The notes: generated by a model not told the origin, from the letters alone. A DNA stretch of 64,000 nt from Chloroflexota bacterium (GCA_963662335.2 CAXXVD010000004.1:64001-128000); one strand, 5' to 3'; numbered from the stretch's first letter, positions 9,724-19,710 are shown. Program-made: numbers and translations.

Positions 9724-9742
9724 CGGCAAGGGAAGAAACACC

Positions 9743-11251
9743 ATGAGGCAATCACCCCGGATCGCCGTCGGCTCGATTCTGACCGAATGCAACCAGTTCG
9801 GCGGCAAGCTGATCGAGCGCGACGAGTTTGCCCGCAGCCAGCTTGCCCGCGGCCAGGACGTTATGTCAATTTCCGGCGGCGCAGTCGGCGGCATGTTGCA
9901 CACGCTGCGCGAGCAAGAGGCCGAGATTGTGCCGCTCGTCGTTGCCAGCGCCTATCCCGGCGGGCCGATAGCGCAGGAATGCTACGCGCAACTCAAAGCC
10001 GACCTGCTCGCCGACCTCAGCGACGCCCTGCCGGTGGACGGCGTGCTGCTGGCGCTGCACGGCGCGGCGGTCACGACGGAAATCGACGACGTGGAGGGTG
10101 ACCTGCTGGCGGCGGCGCGCGCAATTGTCGGCCCGGACGTGCCGGTTGTCGGCACGCTCGACCTGCACGCCAACGTGACCACGCCGATGATGCGCCATGC
10201 CGACGGCCTCGTGGCCTGGGAGACCTACCCGCACGTTGACCCCTTCACCACCGGCGTGCGCGGCGCGCGGCTGCTGCTGGGAACGCTGGACGGGTCGCAC
10301 AAGCCGGCCATGGCCATGGCCAAAACGCCCATTCTCACCAGCGCCATCAATGCGAGCACCGTGGGTGAAGGCCCCTTTGCCGACGTGATGCGTCTGGCGA
10401 AGTCGTTTGAAGCGCGGCCGGGCATCCTCTCCACCAGCGCCTTTCACGCCCACGCCACGCTCGACGTGCCGGAAATGGGCGGCGGCGGTCTGGTGATTAC
10501 CGACGGCGACGAAGAGCTAGCAGCGGAACTTGCGGCGCGGATTGCCAACCTCATGTGGGAGAAGCGCTTTGCCCTCGAGCCGGACACGTTAACGCCCGAG
10601 GCAGCAGTAGAGGCGGGCATGAAGATTGCGGGCGGCCCGGTAGTCTTGGTCGAGTGCGCCGACTGCGTTGGCGGCGGCGCGGCCGGGGACAGCGTCGCTA
10701 CGATTCCCGCTCTTATGAAACTGAGCAAGGGCGTTGCCATCATTCCGGTGGTCGATCCTGAAGCGGCGGCCCGCTGTCACCAGGCCGGTGAAGGCAATAG
10801 CGTCACGCTAACGTTGGGACACAAGCTCGATCCTCAGTGGGGCAGCCCCCTCACCCTGACCGGCACAGTGAGAACGCTCAGCGACGGTCAGTTTCAATAC
10901 ACCGGCGGCATCTGGGCGGAAGAATGGGCGACCATGGGCCCGTCGGCGGTGCTGGAGTGCGGCAGCGCGCGCATCTTGATTGCGACCCACGGCACGTACG
11001 AGTGGCGCGATGAGCAATTCCGCGCGCTGGCGATGGACATCGAGGGCGCGAAGTTCATCGTGGCGAAGAATCCCATGAACTACCGTCAAACCTACGGTGA
11101 AATAGCAAAGAGCGAGTTCATCCTGGATACCCCCGGCGCCACGCCGCCCTCGCTGCGGCGCTTTACGTACCACAAGGTCCCGCGCCCCTACTTCCCGGAA
11201 GTCGCCGAGATTCCTGGCTTCAGGCCCACGCTCATTCGCGGCAGCGGCTGA
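9743..11251 (+). CDS. MlrC-like M81 family metallopeptidase
   Basis: ECNQF, DGVLLALHGA, LDLHAN, TYPHVD and ADCVGGGAAGD motifs. Confidence 0.88.
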   Translation: MRQSPRIAVGSILTECNQFGGKLIERDEFARSQLARGQDVMSISGGAVGGMLHTLREQEAEIVPLVVASAYPGGPIAQECYAQLKADLLADLSDALPVDGVLLALHGAAVTTEIDDVEGDLLAAARAIVGPDVPVVGTLDLHANVTTPMMRHADGLVAWETYPHVDPFTTGVRGARLLLGTLDGSHKPAMAMAKTPILTSAINASTVGEGPFADVMRLAKSFEARPGILSTSAFHAHATLDVPEMGGGGLVITDGDEELAAELAARIANLMWEKRFALEPDTLTPEAAVEAGMKIAGGPVVLVECADCVGGGAAGDSVATIPALMKLSKGVAIIPVVDPEAAARCHQAGEGNSVTLTLGHKLDPQWGSPLTLTGTVRTLSDGQFQYTGGIWAEEWATMGPSAVLECGSARILIATHGTYEWRDEQFRALAMDIEGAKFIVAKNPMNYRQTYGEIAKSEFILDTPGATPPSLRRFTYHKVPRPYFPEVAEIPGFRPTLIRGSG

Positions 11252-11268
11252 AAGGTAGCGACGCGGCG

Positions 11269-12675
11269 ATGTCCGGCGTCCTCGTCAACGACATTCACTC
11301 GCGACTCAATCCCATCACCGTCGACCGGGTTGCGCCCGTCGACTCGCTGGAATCCATTCAAGCGGCCCTCGCCGCCGCGCGTGAAGAAGCAATGCCCGTG
11401 TCCATCGCCGGAGGACGGCACGCCATGGGCGGCCAGCAATTCGGCAGCGGCACGATCCTCCTGGATACGGCCCCCCTCAACCGGGTGCTCGACTTCGACG
11501 CCGCGGCCGGCCTGATCACGGTCGAAGCCGGCATCCACTGGCCGGACCTCATCGCCGCCTGCCGCAAAGCCGCGCCGGGAAACGCGCAGGAGTGGGCGAT
11601 CGCGCAAAAGCAGACCGGCGGCGACCGCATGAGCATCGGCGGCGCGCTGGCGGCCAACGTCCACGGCCGCGGCCTGCGCATGAGGCCCATCATCGCCGAC
11701 GTCGAGTCTTTCACGCTTGTGGACTCCGGCGGCAGCGTCCGTCAGTGCAGCCGCCAAGAGAACGCGGAGCTCTTTCGGTTGGCCATAGGCGGCTACGGCC
11801 TCTTTGGCGTGGTCTACAGTGTCACGCTGCGCCTGGTACCGCGCCGAAAACTCCAGCGCGTTGTCAGCGTCATCGACATCGAGGAACTCATACCCGCATT
11901 TCAGCAGAGCATCGCTGAGGGCTTTCTCTACGGCGATTTCCAGTACTCGATCGACGACACGTCCAATGACTTTCTGACTGCGGGCGTGTTTTCCTGCTAT
12001 CGTCCGGTTGCGCCGGAGACGCCCATCCCCGACGGCCAGCGCGAACTTACCGTCGACGACTGGCGGCGCTTGCTTCTCTACGCGCACGTCAACAAGCCCC
12101 AAGCCTTTGCCGAATACGTCGACCACTATCTGGCTACAAACGGTCAGATGTACTGGTCGGACCTGCACCAACTCGGCTACTACGAGGAGGGCTACCACCA
12201 CACGCTGGATAGTTTTCGCGGCGCCGCCGCCACGGCCACGGAGGTCATCACCGAAATCTACGTCCCGCGCGAGTCCCTGGCGCCATTCATGCGCGGCGCG
12301 CGGGAGGACTTCCGGCGGCACGAGACCGAGGTCATCTACGGCACGATTCGCCTGGTGGAGCGGGATGACGAGAGTTTCCTGGCCTGGGCGCGGGAAAGCT
12401 TTGCGTGCGTGATCTTCAACCTGCACGTGGAGCATACGCCGGCCGGCCAAGAGCGCGCGGGCGCGGCGTTCCGGCGGTTGATCGACCGCGCGCTCCAATA
12501 CGGTGGCAGCTACTACCTGACCTATCACAAGCACGCCACACGGGCGCAAGTAGAGCAATGCTATCCGCAGTTTCCGGCGTTTCTGCGCCTCAAACGCCAG
12601 TACGACCCGCACGAGCGCTTCCAGAGCGACTGGTACCGCCACTACGCCGCGTTGTTTTCGGATTTGATGGGGTAA
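11269..12675 (+). CDS. FAD-binding oxidoreductase (VAO/PCMH-type)
   Basis: AGGRHAMGGQQF, IGGALAANVHGRG, LAIGGYGLFGVV, KRQYDPHERFQS. Confidence 0.85.
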   Translation: MSGVLVNDIHSRLNPITVDRVAPVDSLESIQAALAAAREEAMPVSIAGGRHAMGGQQFGSGTILLDTAPLNRVLDFDAAAGLITVEAGIHWPDLIAACRKAAPGNAQEWAIAQKQTGGDRMSIGGALAANVHGRGLRMRPIIADVESFTLVDSGGSVRQCSRQENAELFRLAIGGYGLFGVVYSVTLRLVPRRKLQRVVSVIDIEELIPAFQQSIAEGFLYGDFQYSIDDTSNDFLTAGVFSCYRPVAPETPIPDGQRELTVDDWRRLLLYAHVNKPQAFAEYVDHYLATNGQMYWSDLHQLGYYEEGYHHTLDSFRGAAATATEVITEIYVPRESLAPFMRGAREDFRRHETEVIYGTIRLVERDDESFLAWARESFACVIFNLHVEHTPAGQERAGAAFRRLIDRALQYGGSYYLTYHKHATRAQVEQCYPQFPAFLRLKRQYDPHERFQSDWYRHYAALFSDLMG

Positions 12676-12727
12676 GTGGTATTATCTAGTCGTAGAGAGC
12701 GCCAGACCTTCTGAGGAGCACAACGCG

Positions 12728-13414
12728 ATCAAGATCAACGAACCCATGACGGTTCTGACCGACGTCTTGCTTGGCGTCTGTACGGCGTGGTGGGGCCTTG
12801 ATTTGCTGCGGCGCGGGCGCGCCCGGCGGCAGCGTTCGCAGGTTTTCTGGGGACTGGGCTTCATTGCCGCCGCGGCCGCGGCACTGCTGGGCGGCGCATC
12901 GCACGCGGTGGGCGAGCAGGCCCCGGCCGCGCGACAAGCGCTGTGGAAGGGAACGCTCTTGGCAACGGGTTTCACGAGCGCAGCCATGCTTGCCAGCGCG
13001 GTGGCGGCCGCCGCGCCGCGACCGTACCGGCGCTGGCTGCTGGCGGGTACGGCGGCGAAATTGGCCGCCTACTGCGGCTGGATGGCGTCCCACGACCGGT
13101 TCCGGTACGTGATCATGGACTACGGCTCGGCCATGGCCGGTGTCGTGGCGCTGCACGCGCCGGCGCTGCGCCGGCCGGATGAGGCGGGGGCTTCAGGCTG
13201 TATTGTAGGAGGCGTTGCCGCGTCGGTAATCGCCGCACTCGTCCAGCAGCGCGGAGTAAGACTCCATCGCCACTTCAATCATAACGACCTCTATCATCTC
13301 ATGCAGTTGGGCGCGTGCTACCTCTTCTATTGCGGCGGCCGCCGTTTGCGCGACCGGCGCGAAGAGACGGCGCGCGAACTAAATCATGCGGTTGAGCAAA
13401 CAGAGGCCATCTAG
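12728..13414 (+). CDS. Multi-pass membrane protein (DUF6962-like); start either ATG 12746 or ATC 12728
   Basis: Several hydrophobic helices, EPMTVLTDVLL N-terminus, GGASH and HFNHNDLYH motifs. Confidence 0.65.
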   Translation: MKINEPMTVLTDVLLGVCTAWWGLDLLRRGRARRQRSQVFWGLGFIAAAAAALLGGASHAVGEQAPAARQALWKGTLLATGFTSAAMLASAVAAAAPRPYRRWLLAGTAAKLAAYCGWMASHDRFRYVIMDYGSAMAGVVALHAPALRRPDEAGASGCIVGGVAASVIAALVQQRGVRLHRHFNHNDLYHLMQLGACYLFYCGGRRLRDRREETARELNHAVEQTEAI

Positions 13415-13525
13415 CAGGCGCGGCCCAGTGCCGCGCGCCATACGAGGAGAATATGCTGCACGAAGACCGCCGAGACAGTCGCGAGCGCGGGTCCGCCGCC
13501 GCGACTCGCGTTGAGAGGAGCGGCC

Positions 13526-14839
13526 ATGTCGGCTGATACGTCCCGCCGGGTGCCGCTTCTCTACCTTGCCCAACTCAGCATCTATTGGCTTGGCCTCAAC
13601 ATCGTGTGGGGCGGCATGAACCTCATCTACCTGCCCGACCGGGTGGAGATGCAGGTCGGCACGGAGATGAAGGGCACCTACCTGGGCATCATGCTCGCCG
13701 TCGGCCTGGTGGTGGCCATCATCGTGCAGCCGGTCATGGGCGCGGTGAGCGATCGCTCCACGTTGCGCTGGGGCCGGCGCCGTCCCTTCATGCTCGTCGG
13801 CTCGCTCATTGCCGCCCTCTTCATCCTGCTGATCGCGGCGGACGCCTCGTATGCGTGGCTCTTCGCCATGATCATCGTGATTCAGATTGCCGCTAACAGC
13901 GCCCTTGGACCCTACCAGGGGATCATGCCCGACCGCGTGCCCAGAGTGCAGTGGGGCCGGGCGTCGGGCTTCCTCGGCATGGCCAAGAACATCGGCTTTC
14001 TCGTCGGCGCGCTGGTGGCCGGCGTGTTTCTCGATCGCGCGGTGCCGGACTACTATCTCTACGCCGCGGCCGGCGTGTTCGTCGCGGTGGCGCTCATTTC
14101 CGCCCTGACAATTCACGAAGATCCGCTGCAAGAGAAACCCGAATTCGCCGGCGTCGTGAAGGAACTCCGCACCCGCCTGGCCGAATTGCGCACCAGGCCG
14201 GGGTTCACCTGGGTGCTCTTTTCCCGCCTCTTCTTCTTTATGGGGCTGCTTGCCGGCGACCAGATCTTGCTCTTCCTCGTGCGCGAACGGCTGGGTATCA
14301 TCGACAACCCCGGCGCCGCCGTTACCGTGGCGCTCGGCGTCTTCATCGTCGTATCCAGTATCGTCACGCTGCCGGCCGGCTGGATTTCGGACCGCACCGA
14401 CCGGCGCCAGTTGATATTCGTATCCTGCGGCATCGGCGTGGTGGGTTCGCTGATCTTGATCTTTACGACCAACTATCCCATGCTGCTGGTAAGCTTTGCC
14501 GTGCTGGGCGCCGCCGTGGGCATCTTCGTTACCGCCGATTGGGCCTTGGCGCTGGAACTCATTCCCGATCCGCGCGCGCCCGGCCTCTACATGGGCCTCA
14601 CCAATCTCGCCACGGCCGGCGGCGACGCGCTGGGCAGCCTATCGGCGGGCATCGTGCTCGACACGTTCAACCGCGTGGAGCCGCTGATGGGCTATCCCGC
14701 AGTCTTCGTGATGATGGCGATTTTCTTCGCGCTGAGCGCGGTCATCATGCTGAAGGTGCCGAAAGTCTACAGCGAGGAAACGGCCGCCGAAGGCAATGCC
14801 AGCGAGGACACGCGCTTGCCGGCGGAGTCCGAAGCGTAG
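13526..14839 (+). CDS. MFS transporter
   Basis: About 12 TM helices; GAVSDRSTLRWGRRRPF and GWISDRTDRR motif A repeats. Confidence 0.9.
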   Translation: MSADTSRRVPLLYLAQLSIYWLGLNIVWGGMNLIYLPDRVEMQVGTEMKGTYLGIMLAVGLVVAIIVQPVMGAVSDRSTLRWGRRRPFMLVGSLIAALFILLIAADASYAWLFAMIIVIQIAANSALGPYQGIMPDRVPRVQWGRASGFLGMAKNIGFLVGALVAGVFLDRAVPDYYLYAAAGVFVAVALISALTIHEDPLQEKPEFAGVVKELRTRLAELRTRPGFTWVLFSRLFFFMGLLAGDQILLFLVRERLGIIDNPGAAVTVALGVFIVVSSIVTLPAGWISDRTDRRQLIFVSCGIGVVGSLILIFTTNYPMLLVSFAVLGAAVGIFVTADWALALELIPDPRAPGLYMGLTNLATAGGDALGSLSAGIVLDTFNRVEPLMGYPAVFVMMAIFFALSAVIMLKVPKVYSEETAAEGNASEDTRLPAESEA

Positions 14840-15176
14840 CGCGGGGGCTTGTCCTCCGCCTCTTGGCGCGTAAGCGGTAGCGCGGGGGCTTGTCCCCCGC
14901 CTGGATCGGGGTGCGGCTTTGCGGAAAGTGCTCCGGCTGTGGCGCAGGTGGGGTCTGTGACAATGGTGAAGCCGGTATCCGTCCATCCTTCGACAGGCTC
15001 AGGACGAACGGAAACCGGCTTCTCTTCCGTAGCGCGGGGGCTTGTCCCCCGCCTCTTGGCGCGTAAGCGGTAGCGCGGGGGCTTGTCCCCCACAGTCTTG
15101 CTTTGCCGTAGGCCGGGCCTATCCCCTCTATCAGTCTGTCAATAGGCGTAGGGGCACGACATGTCGTGCCCCTACG
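14837..15176. repeat. REP cluster between convergent genes (GTAG-type palindromes)
   Basis: Four GTAGCGCGGGGGCTTGTCCCCCGC-type copies arranged as two duplicated doublets (14837-14900, 15029-15091), one CTTCGACAGGCTCAGGACGAACGG and a GTAGGGGCACGACATGTCGTGCCCCTAC palindrome. Confidence 0.85.
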
Positions 15177-15293
15177 TCGTCGTGCGCAAATTCTAGAGAC
15201 TCTTTGCAAGGCGTGGATGCCACTGCCTGCGATCCAGCCGCGCCTGGGGAAGGGCGACTATTCTACTTTGGTGGCGGTTGTGCGGAAGACTGG

Positions 15294-16649
15294 CTAGGCG
15301 AGGGCTTTGCCCTTTTGGGCCACCAGCATCTCTTGCAGCGTGCGCCGGTCCACGTGTTCGTCCGGTTCCGCACCGTCCATGGGGCAGACGCCGGCCGGGC
15401 ACTCCTTGCCGAGGACGTGGGCCTCGTATTCCTTGGGGAAGTTGCGCACGGTGCTGACTACGGGCCACGGCGCGAACTGGCCGAGACCGCAGAACGACGC
15501 GCCCATCATGTCCTGGGAAGCGTGTTCGATGAGGTCCATGGTGTCGGGCGCGGCCACGCCGCGGCGCACCCGCTCGAGCAGCATCCGCAGCACGCGCGTG
15601 CCGTCGCGGCAGGGGAAGCAGAAGCCGCACGACTCCTCTTCGAAGAAGCCGGCGTCCCGCAGCGCCGCGTCCACCACGCAGGTGCGGTCGTCCATCACCA
15701 CCACGCCCGCCGTGCCGAGAATCGTGCCGGCGGCCATCACGGGCTTGAAATCGAGCACCAGGTCGAGCATGTCGGCCGGCAGAATGGCGCTGGAAGCGCC
15801 GCCGGGTTTCCAGGCTTTGAGTTCTCGTCCCTGCCAGACGCCGCCGGCGTGGTCGAAGATCAGCTCCCGCGCGGTCGTGCCCATGGGCAGTTCGTACGCG
15901 CCGGGGCGCTCCACGTGGCCGGAGACGCAGTAGATGTTGAGACCGGCCCCCTCGTTGACACCGAGATTCTTCCACCACTCGCCGCCATTGAGGACGATAT
16001 CGGGTAGATTGGAAAGCGTTTCCACGTTGTTGATGAGGGTCGGTTTGCCGAAGAGGCCTTCGTTGGCCGGAAACGGCGGCCGCGCGCGGGGATAGCCGCG
16101 CTTGCCTTCCAGCGAGTTCATGATGGCGGTCTCTTCGCCGCAAATGTACGCCCCGGCGCCGCGCCGCAGGTAGAGTTCTACGGAAAAGCCCGTGCCCATC
16201 ACGTTCTGCCCCAGGAAGCCGCGCGCGTAGGCCTGCTCGATGGCGCGCTTGACACGCTCGTGCGCCAGGAAGTACTCGCCGCGAATGTAGATGAAGATAA
16301 TCGAGCAGCCGGTGGCGTACGCCGCCAGCGCGCAGCCTTCCACCAGCAGATGCGGGTCTTCCTCGCCGATGATGCGGTTGGAGAAGGTGCCCGGTTCGCT
16401 TTCGTCGAAATTGCACAGCACGTACTTCGGTTCGCCCTTAGCCCCTACGAGGAAGTTCCACTTCATCGCCGTGGGGAAACCGGCGCCGCCGCGGCCGCCC
16501 ATCTCCGACGCGCGCACCTCGTCGTGCACGGCCTCGGGCGTCATTTCGGTCAGCGCCTTGCGCAGCGCGTCATAGCCGCCGTGGGCCATGAACGTCTCGA
16601 TGTCGTGCGAATCCTCGTTATGGATGCGCCGCAGACAGACCTGCTCCAT
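15294..16649 (-). CDS. nuoF: NuoF-like NADH/FMN-binding [4Fe-4S] subunit
   Basis: GRGGAGFPT, NFDESEPGT, AGAYICGEETA, NNVETL, ESCGFCFPCRDG, FCGLG. Confidence 0.92.
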   Translation of the reverse strand: MEQVCLRRIHNEDSHDIETFMAHGGYDALRKALTEMTPEAVHDEVRASEMGGRGGAGFPTAMKWNFLVGAKGEPKYVLCNFDESEPGTFSNRIIGEEDPHLLVEGCALAAYATGCSIIFIYIRGEYFLAHERVKRAIEQAYARGFLGQNVMGTGFSVELYLRRGAGAYICGEETAIMNSLEGKRGYPRARPPFPANEGLFGKPTLINNVETLSNLPDIVLNGGEWWKNLGVNEGAGLNIYCVSGHVERPGAYELPMGTTARELIFDHAGGVWQGRELKAWKPGGASSAILPADMLDLVLDFKPVMAAGTILGTAGVVVMDDRTCVVDAALRDAGFFEEESCGFCFPCRDGTRVLRMLLERVRRGVAAPDTMDLIEHASQDMMGASFCGLGQFAPWPVVSTVRNFPKEYEAHVLGKECPAGVCPMDGAEPDEHVDRRTLQEMLVAQKGKALA

Positions 16650-16698
16650 GCCGTTCGCTGCCTTTCGTTCCCTGTGGCCGCCGGGCTACGGTTGCCTT

Positions 16699-17178
16699 CT
16701 ACTCGCCGTCACTGCTCGCGTCTACCTGTGCCTGCACCTTTGCCAGCGCCTCCGAGGGTGAGACGAGCCCTACGGCCTCCTCGTTGACCAAGAGCGCCGG
16801 CGCTTGCTCGCAGAGACCCAAGCACATCACTTCTTCCACTTCGAACGTATCCGGCCGCGCCGCCTCTTCCAACTCGTGCAAGATTTCCTGCGCGCCGCGC
16901 AAGTGGCACGAGAGGTTGACGCACACGCGGGCAATCACCGGCGGCTTGGGTTCGAAGAAGAACATCGTGTAGAACGTCGCCACGCCGTAGAGTTGGGCCT
17001 TGGTGATTCCCAGCGCGTCCGCCGCCATGCCCACCGCCCGGGGTTCCAGGTACCCAAAGTGGCGCTGCACGGCGTGGAGCATGTCCAGGGTGGTGCCCGG
17101 CTCGCGGGCGCACGCCTCGATGTCGCGCGCCAGCGCCGCGTACGCGGCTGCCGCTACTTCTGCCGGTTGCGTGGCCAA
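16699..17178 (-). CDS. nuoE: NuoE-like [2Fe-2S] subunit
   Basis: GVATFYTMF, CVNLSC, CLGLCEQAP; TTG start with GGAGG SD. Confidence 0.9.
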   Translation of the reverse strand: MATQPAEVAAAAYAALARDIEACAREPGTTLDMLHAVQRHFGYLEPRAVGMAADALGITKAQLYGVATFYTMFFFEPKPPVIARVCVNLSCHLRGAQEILHELEEAARPDTFEVEEVMCLGLCEQAPALLVNEEAVGLVSPSEALAKVQAQVDASSDGE

Positions 17179-17213
17179 GGCCGTTCCTCCACTGTGCCGT
17201 CCGTCACGGCTCG

Positions 17214-18251
17214 CTACGTGTCCGGATTGTCCCGCTTGGTAAAGATGTCCATGTCGCTGCTGTGGCCTGGGGCCAGCCGCGCGTCGGGGTTAATATACCG
17301 CACCGCTTGATTCACTGCCATTGCCGCTTCGGACGCGCCGCACGCAATCAGGTTGATCTTGCCTTCGTAGGCGGCAATGTCGCCGGCGGCATAGACGCCG
17401 GGCCGGCTGGTCGCCATGGTGGATGGGTCGACCGTGATGCCCTTCTTGCCGGCCAGTTCCACGCCCCACTTGCGTATCACGGTCGTATCCATCAAGAAGC
17501 CGATGCAAATCAGAATTATGTCCACTTCTATATCGAACGTCTCTTGCGATTGCAGGTTTATAATCGTGGCCCCGGTGAGTTTCCCGTCGGTGACGTGCAG
17601 TTCATTGGCTTCATGGCGGGGAAAGTGCACGTCTACCTCTGACATGATGAGTTGGCGCACGGTAGCCGCGTGGGCCTGCCACACCGGCAGTCGGTGTATG
17701 AGCGTCACCATTTCACACTCTTTTTCCAGCGCCAGCGCCCAGTCCAGCGCCGAATCGCCGCCGCCGATGACCAACACGCGCTTGCCGCGAAACAGATCCA
17801 TGTTCTTGACGGTATAGAAGATCTGCTTGTCCTCCAGCGGCTCGACGCCGGACAGCCTGAGTTTGCGGGGCGCAAACGCGCCGTTGCCGTTGGCAATGAG
17901 CACGGCCCTGCTCTTGAACTCTTCACCGCTCTGCGCGTGGAGCACGTAGTGGTCGTCCCGCTCTTCGAATTCGAGAATCTTCTGCGAGAGGTGTATCGGA
18001 TACTGCCACTGGTCGGCCTGTTCGTACATGACGGCCACCAGGTCTTTCGCCAGAATAGCGGGAAATCCGGCCATGTCGTAGACGAACTTCTCCGCGTAGA
18101 GCGCGGAGAGGGCGCCCCCCAGTTCGTCCATCGCTTCCACGAGTTGCGTATCCAGGCCGCGGACGCCGGCATAGAAAAGCCCGAACAGACCAGTCGGCCC
18201 GCCGCCAATGATCGTCAGGTCTTTTACGCCATTCTTGTTCGCTTCACCCAT
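17214..18251 (-). CDS. Thioredoxin-reductase-like ferredoxin--NAD(P) reductase (YumC type)
   Basis: IIGGGPTGLF, LYAEKFVYDMAGFP, GGGDSALDWA, YAAGDIAAYEGK, C-terminal GHSS; no CxxC. Confidence 0.85.
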   Translation of the reverse strand: MGEANKNGVKDLTIIGGGPTGLFGLFYAGVRGLDTQLVEAMDELGGALSALYAEKFVYDMAGFPAILAKDLVAVMYEQADQWQYPIHLSQKILEFEERDDHYVLHAQSGEEFKSRAVLIANGNGAFAPRKLRLSGVEPLEDKQIFYTVKNMDLFRGKRVLVIGGGDSALDWALALEKECEMVTLIHRLPVWQAHAATVRQLIMSEVDVHFPRHEANELHVTDGKLTGATIINLQSQETFDIEVDIILICIGFLMDTTVIRKWGVELAGKKGITVDPSTMATSRPGVYAAGDIAAYEGKINLIACGASEAAMAVNQAVRYINPDARLAPGHSSDMDIFTKRDNPDT

Positions 18252-18330
18252 TTCATAAGACTCCTTCCTGCAATCCCCCTCGTCTTCGGTACGCGCCGGC
18301 CCGCGATAGCCCTCGTGTGTTCGCAGGCGC

Positions 18331-19710
18331 TCACGCCTTCGCGTCCCCGTCCGGCTTCGCTTCCGCGTTTCCGTTTGTCTCTGCCGCGCGATAGGCCGCC
18401 TCGAGCAGTTCCATGGTGTGAATTGACCGGGTGGCGACCCCGCCCGCGGCGAGGGCGTTGTCCATCTGCAACATGCAGCCCGGATTGCCGACAACCACGT
18501 AATCGGCGCTGGTGGCGCGGATGTTCTCGACTTTTGGCGCGACCACGCGCTGGGCCATTTCGGGCTCCACGATGTTGTAGACGCCCGCGCTGCCGCAACA
18601 GTGGTCCGAGTTCTTCATTTCCACGAATTCCAGTCCCGGGATTGCCCGCAGCAGGGCGCGCGGCTGGGCGCGCACGCGCTGTCCGTGCGCCAGGTGGCAG
18701 GCATCCTGGTACGTCACGCGCTCCGCAATTTGCCCAAATGAGGTGTCGACGTCGATTTCGGCCAGAAACTCGCTGATGTCCTTCACCTTGTGGGAGAAAT
18801 CGCGCGCGCGCTGGGCGTACGCCGGGTCGTGTTCCAGCAGGACGTCGTACTCCTTGAGCGCGGTGCCGCAGCCGGCGGCGTTGCTGATGATCACGTCCAG
18901 ATTATGCTGCTCGAAGGCATCGATGTTCCGGCGCGCCAGGTCTTTTGCCGTCTCGCGCGCGCCGGCGTGGACGCCCAGCGCGCCGCAACACCGCTGACTC
19001 TTGGGTATGACGACCTCGCAGCCGTTGCGGGTAAGCACGCTCACGGTGGCGCGATTCGTGCTGGCAAAGAAGTACGGCATGATGCAGCCGGTCACGAATC
19101 CCACCCGCCGCTTGGCCTCGCCGCGCGCGCGTACAACCTCCGCGTCCGGCGCGGCATAGAACGCCTCCGAGAGCGCGGGCAGGAACGACTCCGTCTCACC
19201 GAATTTGCCGAAGAACCTCAGAATGCCCTTCCGGCGCACGAACGACTGCACACCGGACGTCTGGTAGAAGCGGAGCACTCTTGCCATGAGTTTCAGCCGC
19301 GCGGGAAACGGAAACAGTTGCTTGAAGACCAGCCAGCGCAAGAAACGCGGCAGGGCGCTCCCGGGCTGCGACTGAATCGCTTCGCCCCGCGCCGCCTCGA
19401 TGATCTTGCCGTACTGGACGCCGGAAGGGCAGGCGGTCTCGCACGCCCGGCAGTCCAGACAGAGGAAGATATGCCGCAAGAACGTGTCATTGATAGTAAT
19501 GCGCTCTTCTTTGGCCGCCTTCACCAGGTAGATGCGGCCGCGCGGGCTCTCCATCTCAAGGCCGGTCTCGCGGTAGGTCGGGCACGCGTTGAGACAGAGG
19601 CCGCAGTGCACGCATTGCGCCAGGTCGTCGTCCGTCAGACCCTCGAAGCGTACGCGGCCGTTCTCATCCTCGGGAATGACCAGTCCGGGCTGGCCGACAT
19701 CGGTTTTCAC
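18331..19710 (-). CDS. glcF: Glycolate oxidase iron-sulfur subunit (possible upstream ATA start at 19743)
   Basis: CVHCGLCLNACPTY, SPRGRI, CLDCRACETACPSGV and two CCG domains. Confidence 0.9.
   Translation of the reverse strand: MKTDVGQPGLVIPEDENGRVRFEGLTDDDLAQCVHCGLCLNACPTYRETGLEMESPRGRIYLVKAAKEERITINDTFLRHIFLCLDCRACETACPSGVQYGKIIEAARGEAIQSQPGSALPRFLRWLVFKQLFPFPARLKLMARVLRFYQTSGVQSFVRRKGILRFFGKFGETESFLPALSEAFYAAPDAEVVRARGEAKRRVGFVTGCIMPYFFASTNRATVSVLTRNGCEVVIPKSQRCCGALGVHAGARETAKDLARRNIDAFEQHNLDVIISNAAGCGTALKEYDVLLEHDPAYAQRARDFSHKVKDISEFLAEIDVDTSFGQIAERVTYQDACHLAHGQRVRAQPRALLRAIPGLEFVEMKNSDHCCGSAGVYNIVEPEMAQRVVAPKVENIRATSADYVVVGNPGCMLQMDNALAAGGVATRSIHTMELLEAAYRAAETNGNAEAKPDGDAKA

Noticed and set aside
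2133-14839. Genomic island integrated at tRNA-Glu
   Set aside because: The tRNA 3' end faces greA, not this block; no integrase or duplicated tRNA 3' end was seen.
15294-16649. Electron-bifurcating HydB-type subunit
   Set aside because: It lacks the extra N-terminal [2Fe-2S] and C-terminal 2x[4Fe-4S] domains and has ESEPGTFS/AGAY rather than EGDPGAFM/AGAF.
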